DNA of 32,000 nt from an archaeon (GTDB taxonomy: Archaea; Iainarchaeota; Iainarchaeia; Iainarchaeales; 1-14-0-10-31-34), in NCBI GenBank assembly GCA_024277355.1, contig JAJRVL010000004.1, positions 270,001 through 302,000 of the forward strand, given 5' to 3'. The notes under the pieces are model-generated. The model was given only the letters and a program-made list of their open reading frames with translations. It was not told the DNA's origin and did not search any database. Position numbers and translations under genes: made by a program. Shown here in pieces: positions 9,129 through 17,566 of this stretch. Every line of letters begins with the position of its first letter. Position 1 is the stretch's first letter.

Positions 9129-9263
9129 ATGAAAAAATTTGTATGCATTGCATGTTCAAATGAATATGACAATAAACAAGAAGCAGAAGAATGCTGTGGA
9201 GAAGAAGCAGAAGAAGTAAACGATGATGAAATAAATGAAAATCAAACAGAAATATTCGAATAA
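9129..9263 (+). CDS. Small acidic Cys-containing protein (44 aa), absent from the supplied ORF track
   Basis: MKKFVCIACSNEYDNKQEAEECCGEEAEEVNDDEINENQTEIFE*; GGGGG ribosome-binding-like run about 12 nt upstream; CxxC..CC pattern. Confidence 0.55.
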   Translation: MKKFVCIACSNEYDNKQEAEECCGEEAEEVNDDEINENQTEIFE

Positions 9264-9266
9264 AAA

Positions 9267-9785
9267 TTAAATTTCATTCCAGGCATCAACAAAACTATCA
9301 ACTAAAGAATCCACAAAAGAACTCTTATGTTCCACTAACAAAGAAGTAACTTCATTTGGTTTAATTAAATAAAAAAAACTTTCTCTTCCCCTTTTTTCTT
9401 TTCCTATTACTTCTTCTTTAACTAATTGTTCTAAATGCCACGAAGTAGTTGAAGGAGACAACTCAACTTTTCTTGAAATATCAAAATTATTTGCTTTCTT
9501 TTTTTCCAGTAAAAATAAAATTATTTTTCTTGAACTAGGTTTTCTTAAAAAAGCCATTTCTGCTTTTTCTTCTACAACTGATTCTTTAACTGAATAATAT
9601 CTTAAAAATTTGCCCTGCCTGAAAACTTTAATTAAATGTCTTTTCGGCAAAAAATCTAAATGATATTGAAGGCTGCCAACTGCAATTCCTGTTCTTCTTT
9701 CAATTTCTCTGAAATGCAAACCGGGATTTTCTTCAATTAAATCATAAATTTTCCTTCTGGAATCTAAACTTAAAGCATCTTCCAT
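9267..9785 (-). CDS. Tandem winged-helix transcriptional regulator
   Basis: Two wHTH modules: NPGLHFREIERRTGIAVGSLQYHLDFLPKRHLIKVF...YYS and NNFDISRKVELSPSTTSWHLEQLVKEEVI. Confidence 0.85.
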   Translation of the reverse strand: MEDALSLDSRRKIYDLIEENPGLHFREIERRTGIAVGSLQYHLDFLPKRHLIKVFRQGKFLRYYSVKESVVEEKAEMAFLRKPSSRKIILFLLEKKKANNFDISRKVELSPSTTSWHLEQLVKEEVIGKEKRGRESFFYLIKPNEVTSLLVEHKSSFVDSLVDSFVDAWNEI

Positions 9786-9797
9786 AATAACTCAAAC

Positions 9798-10181
9798 TTA
9801 ATTCCTGTTTTTTGGTTTGAAAAACAATGCAACAAACAAAAACACTAAAATAAATAATTCAAATACATTTTCTGATGCATCAGGAAGAAAAGTTCCAGGA
9901 CTTAAAAATAAATCAAGTATTTTTAAAAGCCATTTAAATGCAAATAAAGAAAATGCACCGCCAATTAACAAAAATCTTCTTGACTTAGTTTTAAAATAAG
10001 CTTTAACTGCAATAAAAAACAAAACCAAAGAAAAAATAAAAACAAGAAATTTAGTTATATTATCAAAAGAATAAGCCATTGAAACAACAGGCCTTAATAA
10101 ATCCCATGGGCCTTTAGCAAAAGCCAAAGGAATCAAAGAAACAAAAAATAACAAAAAACTTTTTTTCAGCAAACCAATCAC
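9798..10181 (-). CDS. Hypothetical membrane protein (127 aa)
   Basis: Signal/TM at N-terminus and three further hydrophobic helices; 12 bp upstream of the wHTH gene. Confidence 0.65.
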   Translation of the reverse strand: MIGLLKKSFLLFFVSLIPLAFAKGPWDLLRPVVSMAYSFDNITKFLVFIFSLVLFFIAVKAYFKTKSRRFLLIGGAFSLFAFKWLLKILDLFLSPGTFLPDASENVFELFILVFLFVALFFKPKNRN

Positions 10182-10260
10182 CTCAAATAATCTGAAACAA
10201 AACTATTTTAATAAAAATCAATTAACATTTAAAGCAAAAAATAAAGAAAAATAAAAAAAG

Positions 10261-10340
10261 AGGGAAAATTCGTGAGGCGAAATTCCCTAAAAGGAGAAAT
10301 AAATGTTTTATTACAAACTAATAGTAATTTTGAGTTTATA
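10261..10340 (+). other. Hairpin followed by Shine-Dalgarno-like site and a 12-codon mini-ORF
   Basis: AGGGAA[AA]TTCG-TGAGG-CGAATTCCCT then AAAAGGAGAAATAA ATGTTTTATTACAAACTAATAGTAATTTTGAGTTTATAA (MFYYKLIVILSL*). Confidence 0.4.
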
Positions 10341-10384
10341 AAGGCTTTTTGGTACAATTGTTGCAGAATAATACAATAGTCGAA

Positions 10385-11563
10385 TTAAGCAGTTCTTTTA
10401 ATAAAATCCCTTACTTTTCCTGCTGAACCTGATGCATGAAATGCCTCAAAAAACATTACTGCTTCAGAATAAGCTCTTGCTTCCAAAGCTTTTTCAGTAT
10501 TCTTATCCAGAGAATAAATTTTATCAAAGAAAATAAATTTGCCTTGATCGTTTTTTGCACCAACCGCAAACTTAATGTATTTTCCTAAAATTTCTATTTC
10601 ACTTTTACAGCCTTTTTTTTCTGCTGTTTCTTTGAAATTAGTTAAAGTCCATTCAACTATTTCAGAATATAATTCAGGTTTAGTTGCTTTAATTACTTCA
10701 TAAAAAATATTCTGCCATAAAGTTCCTACATTTCCTTTTAAAATTGATTCTGAAGGAAATTTAGTTTTAATTAATTCTCTTGGAGTTCCTGTAATTCCAT
10801 GCTGGGCTATCCTTGTATTAAATCCTTCTTTTTTCATTGCTTCAGCTACACTAATAGTCTGTTCAATATCAATTGAAATTTGTTCAATTGGTTTTCCATT
10901 TTCATCATAAATATTTCCATGAGTTGAACCATTAGCTATTCCAATTACATTAGGAAAAACTCCTCTTTTGTTTAATTCATTAATAAAAGCAACTGCTTCT
11001 TCAGGAGTAGTTAAAACCATTCCTTGTTCATTCTTCTTTCCAATTTCTCCTACTTCAACTTCTAATCCAAATTCTTTTCCATTCATTTTTTCTTTAATAT
11101 AATCAGCTAATTCAACTGTAACTTCAATATTTTTTTGAAGTTCTTCTTCAACTGTTTTACCATTAAAATCAAATAAAAAAGATGCATCCAAAGCAAAAGA
11201 AGTAAATCCAGCTGAAACCTGAGCATCAATTAATTTTTTCATTTCATCAATTTCTTCAGGAGTTCCTTTTTTTATTGTTAAATGATCTGCATGTAAACTC
11301 CATATATCAAATGCAACTTCAGAAGCAATTTCTTTGGTTATTTGTGCATAATCTTTTGGTTTTAATCCCGTATAGCCTCCTGATAAATCTGATTCAGATT
11401 TAGCTAATTCCATTATTACAGCTGAATCAGTTTTTTTTGCTGCCTTAAAAATTCCTTTAACTATTCCTTTAGTTATTCTTGTATTACAGGCCATAATAAT
11501 TGTTTTATCATTTTTTAATGCATCAAACATTAAATTACCTGAAATTGGATTAAACTTGCTCAT
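10385..11563 (-). CDS. Class II fructose-bisphosphate aldolase-like protein
   Basis: IWSLHADHLTIKKGT, SFALDASFLFDFNGKT, LEVEVGEIG, IGIANGSTHGNIY, QHGITGTP. Confidence 0.85.
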   Translation of the reverse strand: MSKFNPISGNLMFDALKNDKTIIMACNTRITKGIVKGIFKAAKKTDSAVIMELAKSESDLSGGYTGLKPKDYAQITKEIASEVAFDIWSLHADHLTIKKGTPEEIDEMKKLIDAQVSAGFTSFALDASFLFDFNGKTVEEELQKNIEVTVELADYIKEKMNGKEFGLEVEVGEIGKKNEQGMVLTTPEEAVAFINELNKRGVFPNVIGIANGSTHGNIYDENGKPIEQISIDIEQTISVAEAMKKEGFNTRIAQHGITGTPRELIKTKFPSESILKGNVGTLWQNIFYEVIKATKPELYSEIVEWTLTNFKETAEKKGCKSEIEILGKYIKFAVGAKNDQGKFIFFDKIYSLDKNTEKALEARAYSEAVMFFEAFHASGSAGKVRDFIKRTA

Positions 11564-11567
11564 TACA

Positions 11568-12458
11568 TCACCTTAACATTTTTTCAGCTAAATTAATTTC
11601 TTTTTTTCCGCCAATATAAATTGGAGTTCTATGAGAAATTTTTTCCGGTTTAATTTCCAAAATTGACTGTTTTCCGTCAGTTGAAGCTCCGCCGGCATAC
11701 TTTGCAATAAAAGATAAAGGATTGCATTCAAATAAAAGCCTTAACTTTCCTTCAGGCATTTTTTTTGTTGAAGGATAAGAAAATAATCCGCCATAAGATA
11801 AAATTTGCTGGAAATCTGCAGTGAAAGAACCGGAAAACCTTGTTTTATAATTTTGTTTTTCAAGTTCTTCAATAAAATCCAAATGTTTTTTTGTCCAGTC
11901 AGTTCTTAACCCTCCTGAACCAAAAATAGTTCCTGATTCAGGAAACTTTAAGTCTTCCACTCTTAAAATAAAATTTCCTTTTGAATCCAAAACAAATTCA
12001 TGAACTCCATCTTTAGCAGAATAAACTAAACTTGTCTGAGGTCCATATAAAATATACATTGCTGCATCCATTTTATTTCCTTTTTCTAATACATTTCCTT
12101 CATCAAAAATTCCAAGAATAGTTCCAACAGCTAAATTAGTTTTAACACAACTAACTCCATCTAAAGGATCAACTACAACCCCAAATTCTCCTTCAGATTT
12201 AACTATTTCAATTATTTCTGATTGTTCTTCTGAAGCAACAGTCTTGACTATTTTTGACTGCTCCATTGCATCAAGAATTAAATAATCAGCCCATTTATCT
12301 AATTCTAATTGGTCTTCACCGTAAACGTTTTGTGAACCGGCTAACTTATTATGTGTAAAAAAACCTTTTTGTATTTCTTTTGATTTTTCTGCTGCATTTA
12401 AAATAATGCTTTTAATGCCTTCATCAATTCCATTTAAATGTTCTTCAAGAGTAGTCAT
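11568..12458 (-). CDS. fbp: Class I fructose-1,6-bisphosphatase
   Basis: VVDPLDGVSCVKTNLAVGTILGIF, YGPQTSLVYS, YIGGKKEI. Confidence 0.85.
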   Translation of the reverse strand: MTTLEEHLNGIDEGIKSIILNAAEKSKEIQKGFFTHNKLAGSQNVYGEDQLELDKWADYLILDAMEQSKIVKTVASEEQSEIIEIVKSEGEFGVVVDPLDGVSCVKTNLAVGTILGIFDEGNVLEKGNKMDAAMYILYGPQTSLVYSAKDGVHEFVLDSKGNFILRVEDLKFPESGTIFGSGGLRTDWTKKHLDFIEELEKQNYKTRFSGSFTADFQQILSYGGLFSYPSTKKMPEGKLRLLFECNPLSFIAKYAGGASTDGKQSILEIKPEKISHRTPIYIGGKKEINLAEKMLR

Positions 12459-12567
12459 CTAAAAAAAAATGAAAGGAAACTTATTTAAGCAATTGTTATT
12501 TTTTCATAATTTTTATGAAAAACAGTTATAAATTAAATTAAAAAGTGTTCTATGTTAAAATAAAATT

Positions 12568-13128
12568 ATGCGCGGAAGAAATCCAGTCAGAAGAAATCAA
12601 GGAACACATGCTTCAAAATTTCATGGACAAAAAAAGAAAACACCTTTTTTCAGAAAACTAGTGCAAAAAAAAGTTACAAAAGAAATAATGCAGAAAATTT
12701 ACGGAATAGAAGCAAGAGAACAGCATTTAATTGAAAGAAGAGACGAAATACTTCATAAAACAAAAGGAATTCCTGCAATTTCAATTGGAAGATTTAGATT
12801 AACTCCAAGTGCAAAAAACCCAAGAGAACACCAGCAAATATTATTTGAACTTCAGAATGGAGCAATGCCAAGAAAAATACTTCAGTTTTCTGAAATAAGA
12901 GAATTAGCAAAAAGAAATCCAGTGCAATTTGGACAATTGTTTGATTTAGTTTACAAATATTTCACTGGAGAAATAACCAAAAAAGAAATAGATTCATTAA
13001 CTAAATTTTTAAAGCATGCAATAGAAAAAGGAAAAACTACTGACCAAAAAATGGCAAGAGTAATTCAATTAAAAAAAAGAAGAGAAGAAGAAATAGATTT
13101 TATCCAGTCTTATCACAAAGCAGCTTAA
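12568..13128 (+). CDS. Conserved-looking basic hypothetical protein (186 aa)
   Basis: Full-length ORF in normal gene context; basic N-terminus MRGRNPVRRNQGTHASKFHGQKKK. Confidence 0.65.
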   Translation: MRGRNPVRRNQGTHASKFHGQKKKTPFFRKLVQKKVTKEIMQKIYGIEAREQHLIERRDEILHKTKGIPAISIGRFRLTPSAKNPREHQQILFELQNGAMPRKILQFSEIRELAKRNPVQFGQLFDLVYKYFTGEITKKEIDSLTKFLKHAIEKGKTTDQKMARVIQLKKRREEEIDFIQSYHKAA

Positions 13129-14426
13129 GGATAACTTCTATTCAGTGTTCTAGGGAAAGGAATTGTATCTTTAATTGAATCTAATTTGCAAATCCATCTT
13201 AATAATCTTTCAATACCGATTCCAAAACCTGAATGAGGAACACTTCCATATTTTCTTAAATCCAGATACCATTGATAGTTTTCCAAAGGAATTTTTTCTT
13301 TCTTTAATTTTTTAAGCATGTTTTCATTTATGTCTTCTCTTTGTCCGCCGGTACATAATTCTCCATAACCTTCAGGCCCTATTAAATCAAAACTATAACA
13401 TTTTTTTGAGTCAGGCATTTCTTTTGCATAAAAAGCTTTTATTTTTGTAGGATAACCATAAATAAAAAAAGGAATTTTTTCATCCTGAGACAAAATTTTT
13501 TCTTCTTTAATGCTTAAATCAATTCCCCAAGGAATTTTCTTTTTGTATTTTTTTTCAAGTATTTCTAATGCTTCATCATAAGACATTTTTGCAAAAGGAG
13601 TTCTTATTGCCTTTAAGTCAGCTAAATCTCTTCCTAAAACTTTTAATTCTTCAGGGTTTTCTTCAGCTATTTTTTGACAAACAAAAGAAACCATTTTTTC
13701 TATTTCATGCATTTGGTCATCCATGTTCATCCATGCACATTCTCCTTCTAAATGCCAGTATTCTGTTAAATGCCTTGCAGTTTTTGATTTTTCTGCCCTA
13801 AAAGAAGGAGTTAAACCAAAAACTTTTCCTAAAGCAAAAATCATTACTTCTAAATACATTTGTCCTGATTGAGAAAGATATCTTTCTTTACCAAAATATT
13901 TTAATGGAAATAAAGTTGTTCCTCCTTCACAGGCATTAGGAGTAATCATTGCGGGACTGCATTCAAAATAATTTTCTTTTTTGTAAAATTCTCTTACAGC
14001 ATACATCAAAGTAGAACGGATTTTCATTATTGCCTGCATTTTACTGCTTCGCATCCATAAATGCCTTACATCCAATAAGAATTCTTCACTTAAATCTTTT
14101 TGTATTGGAAAATTAATGCTTTCTCCTATTAATTTTAATTCTTCAGCCATTAATTCAAATCCAGAAGGAGCTCTTGAATCTTCCTTTAATTTTCCGGTTA
14201 ATTCAACTGAAGCTTCAATGCTTTGTTTGCTTAATTTTTCAAATTCTTTTTTATCAATTTTTTCTGGTTCAATAATGCATTGAATTTCTCCTGTTTCATC
14301 TCTTAATAAAAGAAAAATTTTTTCTTTTAAATCTCTTTTTCTTTTAATCCATCCTCTGACTGAAACAAGTCCTTTTTTTTCAAAAGCTTTTTTTATTGAA
14401 ATAAATTCTTTTTCCATTAATATCAC
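13125..14426 (-). CDS. asnS: Asparaginyl-tRNA synthetase (probable true start at MEKEF, 14417)
   Basis: SQSGQMYLEVMIFALGKVFGLTPSFRAEKSKTARHLTEYWHLEGECAWMN; HSGFGIGIERLLRWICKLDSIKDTIPFPRTLNR. Confidence 0.9.
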   Translation of the reverse strand: MILMEKEFISIKKAFEKKGLVSVRGWIKRKRDLKEKIFLLLRDETGEIQCIIEPEKIDKKEFEKLSKQSIEASVELTGKLKEDSRAPSGFELMAEELKLIGESINFPIQKDLSEEFLLDVRHLWMRSSKMQAIMKIRSTLMYAVREFYKKENYFECSPAMITPNACEGGTTLFPLKYFGKERYLSQSGQMYLEVMIFALGKVFGLTPSFRAEKSKTARHLTEYWHLEGECAWMNMDDQMHEIEKMVSFVCQKIAEENPEELKVLGRDLADLKAIRTPFAKMSYDEALEILEKKYKKKIPWGIDLSIKEEKILSQDEKIPFFIYGYPTKIKAFYAKEMPDSKKCYSFDLIGPEGYGELCTGGQREDINENMLKKLKKEKIPLENYQWYLDLRKYGSVPHSGFGIGIERLLRWICKLDSIKDTIPFPRTLNRSYP

Positions 14427-14468
14427 TTCATTAATTTTTGTTAGGTTAAAAATTTAAACTAATTTTAA

Positions 14469-14634
14469 CGCCCTAGAAAGGATTTGAACCTTTGACCTTC
14501 CGGTATCTGCTTTCACATAGGTGGAATAAGGCACGGCATAAAGCCGTGCTAGCGCTACTTTATGTAGCGCACACGCGTCAACCGAGTGAGCGGTTGTTTA
14601 ACAGCCGGATGCTCTACCACTAAGCTACCAGAGC
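14469..14634 (-). tRNA. tRNA-Asn (GTT) with 94-nt intron (14505-14598) at position 37/38
   Basis: GCTCTGG/CTAGGGC acceptor, TCCGG-CTGTTA|intron|A-CCGGA, AAAGG-TTCAAAT-CCTTT T arm, discriminator G. Intron ends fit 3-4-3 bulge-helix-bulge: helix CTGT/GCAG, bulges TA|A and AT|A. Confidence 0.9.
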
Positions 14635-14644
14635 AAAAAAAAAT

Positions 14645-15561
14645 TCAGAAAACTATTTTTTGTCCGGGAATTCTTGGAAACAAAGTAACGTCTTTTATGT
14701 GTTGTTTTCCACTTAAAAACCTTACAAGCCTTTCAACCCCAAAACCTCCTCCAGCAGTAGGCTTTAACATTCCTTTTTCTGCAACAGAAAGATAAGAATC
14801 AAATGCTTTTAAGTCAGTTTTTCTTTCAAGCATTTTTTTCTTTATTGTCATAAATTCAAATTCTCTTTCTCCGCCAGATAAAGCTTCACCAAACCCTTCA
14901 GGATAAACTAAATCATAGTTAATGTGTTTTCCTGTTATTTCATCCTGTTTGTCATAAAATTCACGGTAATAATCTGTAATCCAAAAAGGGAATTTTTCTT
15001 TTTCTGAAACAATTGCTTCAAAATCTTCTCCAAATTTTTCTTTTAATTTAACTGAATCAAAAACCTTGAAAGGTTCTTTCAAAAAAGGAATTTCTCTTTT
15101 TAATTCACTTAATTCTTTTTCACATTCAGTTTTAACAAAAGAAAAAACATAAGTAAACAATTCTTCAGTAAAATCCATGAATTGTCTTGAAGAAGTTTCC
15201 TTTAATTCAATGTCAACCTGTGAAAATTCAATTAAATGTCTTTTGCTTTCAGATAAAGATTCTTTTTCTAATCTTACGTTAGGAGAAACAATATAAATTC
15301 CTTTAGCAAAGTCAGCCATTAAAACTAACTGTTTATGCAAAATCATGCTTTTAGTTAATTCCAATTTCTGCCCTAAATATCAATTGAAGAATCATAAACT
15401 GAATGACTTAAAGGATCAGTTAAAGGAGAAAGCATCACAGGCATTAAATGCAATACTTTTTTTGAATACATAAAAGTATCAATAGCCTTTAATGCAGCTG
15501 ACTGGATTTTCAGAATATGCTTTAATTCTGGTTTCATTAAATGCTGGATTGTTTTTTCCAT
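14645..15561 (-). pseudogene. Asparagine synthetase A-like protein (AsnRS paralog without anticodon-binding domain), split by a single-base frameshift near 15373-15379
   Basis: ORF 15373-15588: ...LKIQSAALKAIDTFMYSKKVLHLMPVMLSPLTDPLSHSVYDSSIDI*; ORF 14645-15364: (GQK)LELTKSMILHKQLVLMADFAKGIYIVSPNVRLE...GGGFGVERLVRFLSGKQHIKDVTLFPRIPG. Continuous homology in two frames. Confidence 0.85.
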
Positions 15562-15658
15562 TTTTATCACCTGAAATAAATGCACCAAAAGAACTATTTA
15601 AATAAAATCCAAAAAAAAAGGGAAAAATTACAAAAAACACAACAATTTAAATGGTTTA

Positions 15659-15674
15659 TGGAACATATGTTTCA
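15659..15674. promoter_or_regulatory. Possible Lrp/AsnC autoregulatory operator TGGAACATATGTTTCA
   Basis: 16-bp near-palindrome (one mismatched pair) ending 2 nt before the regulator ATG at 15677; TTTAAATG TATA-like box about 15 bp upstream. Confidence 0.45.
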
Positions 15675-15676
15675 AA

Positions 15677-16111
15677 ATGGAAGATAAAAGCGAACAAATA
15701 CTTGAGTTTTTAAGGAATAACAGCAAGCTTTCTTTAAGACAAATAGCCAAAAAAGCAGGAATTCCATTAACTACCGCCCATAACAGAATAAAAAAAATGC
15801 AGAAAGAAGGAGTAATAAAAAATTATTCTGTTGAAGTGGATTACTCTAAATTAGGGTTAAGTTTATGCGCTTATATTATGGCTTCAGTTAAATATGATGC
15901 AATGCATAAATCACAGCAGGAAATTGCAAAAAAAATTTTAAAATTAAGTTTTGTCAAATCAGTGGATATTATTACCGGTGGATTTGATTTATTAATTAAA
16001 GTAAGAGCAAAAAATATTTCTCAGTTAAACAAATTAATTACAAAAGAATTAAGAAATGTCGAAGGAATAGACAAAACCACTACCATGATTGTATTAGAAG
16101 AAATAAATTAA
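15677..16111 (+). CDS. Lrp/AsnC family transcriptional regulator
   Basis: ILEFLRNNSKLSLRQIAKKAGIPLTTAHNRIKKMQKEGVIKNYSVEVDYSKLG plus RAM-like C-terminal domain. Confidence 0.92.
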   Translation: MEDKSEQILEFLRNNSKLSLRQIAKKAGIPLTTAHNRIKKMQKEGVIKNYSVEVDYSKLGLSLCAYIMASVKYDAMHKSQQEIAKKILKLSFVKSVDIITGGFDLLIKVRAKNISQLNKLITKELRNVEGIDKTTTMIVLEEIN

Positions 16112-16115
16112 ATTT

Positions 16116-17497
16116 TTATTTTTTTAATTTAATGTTTAATTCATCTAATTGTTTTTCTGAAACTTTACTTGGAGCTTCTTCTAATAAACCCATTGCATTT
16201 TTGTTTTTTGGAAAAGCAATTACTTCTCGAATTGAATTACTTTCAGTTAAAATCATTATTAATCTATCTAATCCAATTGCAAAACCTCCATGAGGAGGAG
16301 CACCATACTGAAATGCTTCCAATAAAAAACCAAATTTTTGTTTTGCCTGCTTTTCATTTATTCCCAAAAAATCAAATATTTTTTGCTGGGTTTTAGGATT
16401 ATGAATTCTAATTGATCCTGAACCTAATTCAGTTCCATTTAAAACTAAATCATAAGAACGGCTTCTGATTGATAATAAATCTTTTTTATTTTTTGATTCA
16501 AGTTTTTTTTCATCTTCTTTGTTAAACTGAGTAAAAGGATGATGACATGGAACAATTTCTTTTTCGTCATTTAATTCAAATAAAGGAAAATCCGTAACCC
16601 ACAAAAAAGAATTCTTTAATTTTGTTTCTTTTCTTGTATCAGGTTTATCTGTTTTGTATTTTTCCATTGCTTTACTATAAGTTATTCTTGGAAAAGGAAT
16701 TTTTAAGTCTTCATTTAATGCATTTTTAAAAACAAACTGCATTGTTTTTTCAAGCAAAGAATAAACATCTTCTTCTTCAACAAAACTCATTTCCAAATCC
16801 AATTGAGTAAATTCAGGCTGCCTGTCTCCTCTTAAATCTTCATCCCTGAAACATCTTGCAATCTGAAAGTATTTGTCAAAACCTGAAACCATTAATAACT
16901 GCTTGTATAATTGAGGACTTTGAGGCAAAGCAAAAAAACTTCCATTAAATTTTCTGCTTGGAACTAAATAATCTCTTGCACCTTCAGGAGTGCTTTTAGA
17001 TAAAATTGGAGTTTCAATTTCCAAAAAATCCTGCGAATCAAAAAAATCTCTCATTGATTTAATTATTTTATGTCTTAATAACAAATTATTAAACATTTTT
17101 TTCTTCTTAAATCTAAATACCTGTATTTTAATCTTGTATCTTCATTTGCTTTTACTTCATCTTCTATTGCAAAAGGAATTGGTTCAGCTGAATTTAATAC
17201 TTCAATACTTTCAGCACTAACTTCAATTGTTCCTGTTTCAATTTTTGGATTAGAATCAGGTCTTTTTTTTACTGTTCCTTTAATTCTTAAAACAAATTCA
17301 TTTAACAAAGAAGAAACTATTTCATCAGTTTTTTTGTCTTTTCTTGAAATAAAAATCTGAGTTAAACCAGTTTTATCCCTTAAATCAATAAAAGCAAATT
17401 TTTTTTGGGCACGAATTGAATTAATCCATCCTTCTAACACTACTTTTTTTCCTGTGTCTTTTTCTCTTAATTCACCGCAAAAATGAGTTCGATTCAT
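16116..17497 (-). CDS. aspS: Bacterial-type aspartyl-tRNA synthetase, split into ORFs 17075-17497 (OB-fold) and 16116-17096 (catalytic)
   Basis: [29 protein letters not shown]...[14 protein letters not shown] / [19 protein letters not shown]...[13 protein letters not shown]...[47 protein letters not shown]...[31 protein letters not shown]. Junction is AAGAAG-A7-TG. Confidence 0.88.
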
Positions 17498-17566
17498 TTA
17501 ACCACTTTTTAAATTATATTAAAGTTTTATTTTAAAATGAATTGTTTCTGCATAATTTCCTTATTT

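Noticed and set aside
9221-9240. Box C-like GATGATGA motif
   Set aside because: Lies in a coding ORF and lacks a downstream CTGA at suitable spacing.
8573-9999. ORFs 8573-8785 (-), 8859-9053 (-), 9817-9999 (+)
   Set aside because: Antisense to carbamate kinase and to the 127-aa membrane protein; low-complexity translations.
14505-14598. tRNA intron as C/D box guide RNA
   Set aside because: No RUGAUGA or paired CUGA boxes in the intron.
14586-14795. ORF MSGCLTAGCSTTKLPEQ... on plus strand
   Set aside because: Antisense of tRNA-Asn and of the asparagine synthetase-like gene.
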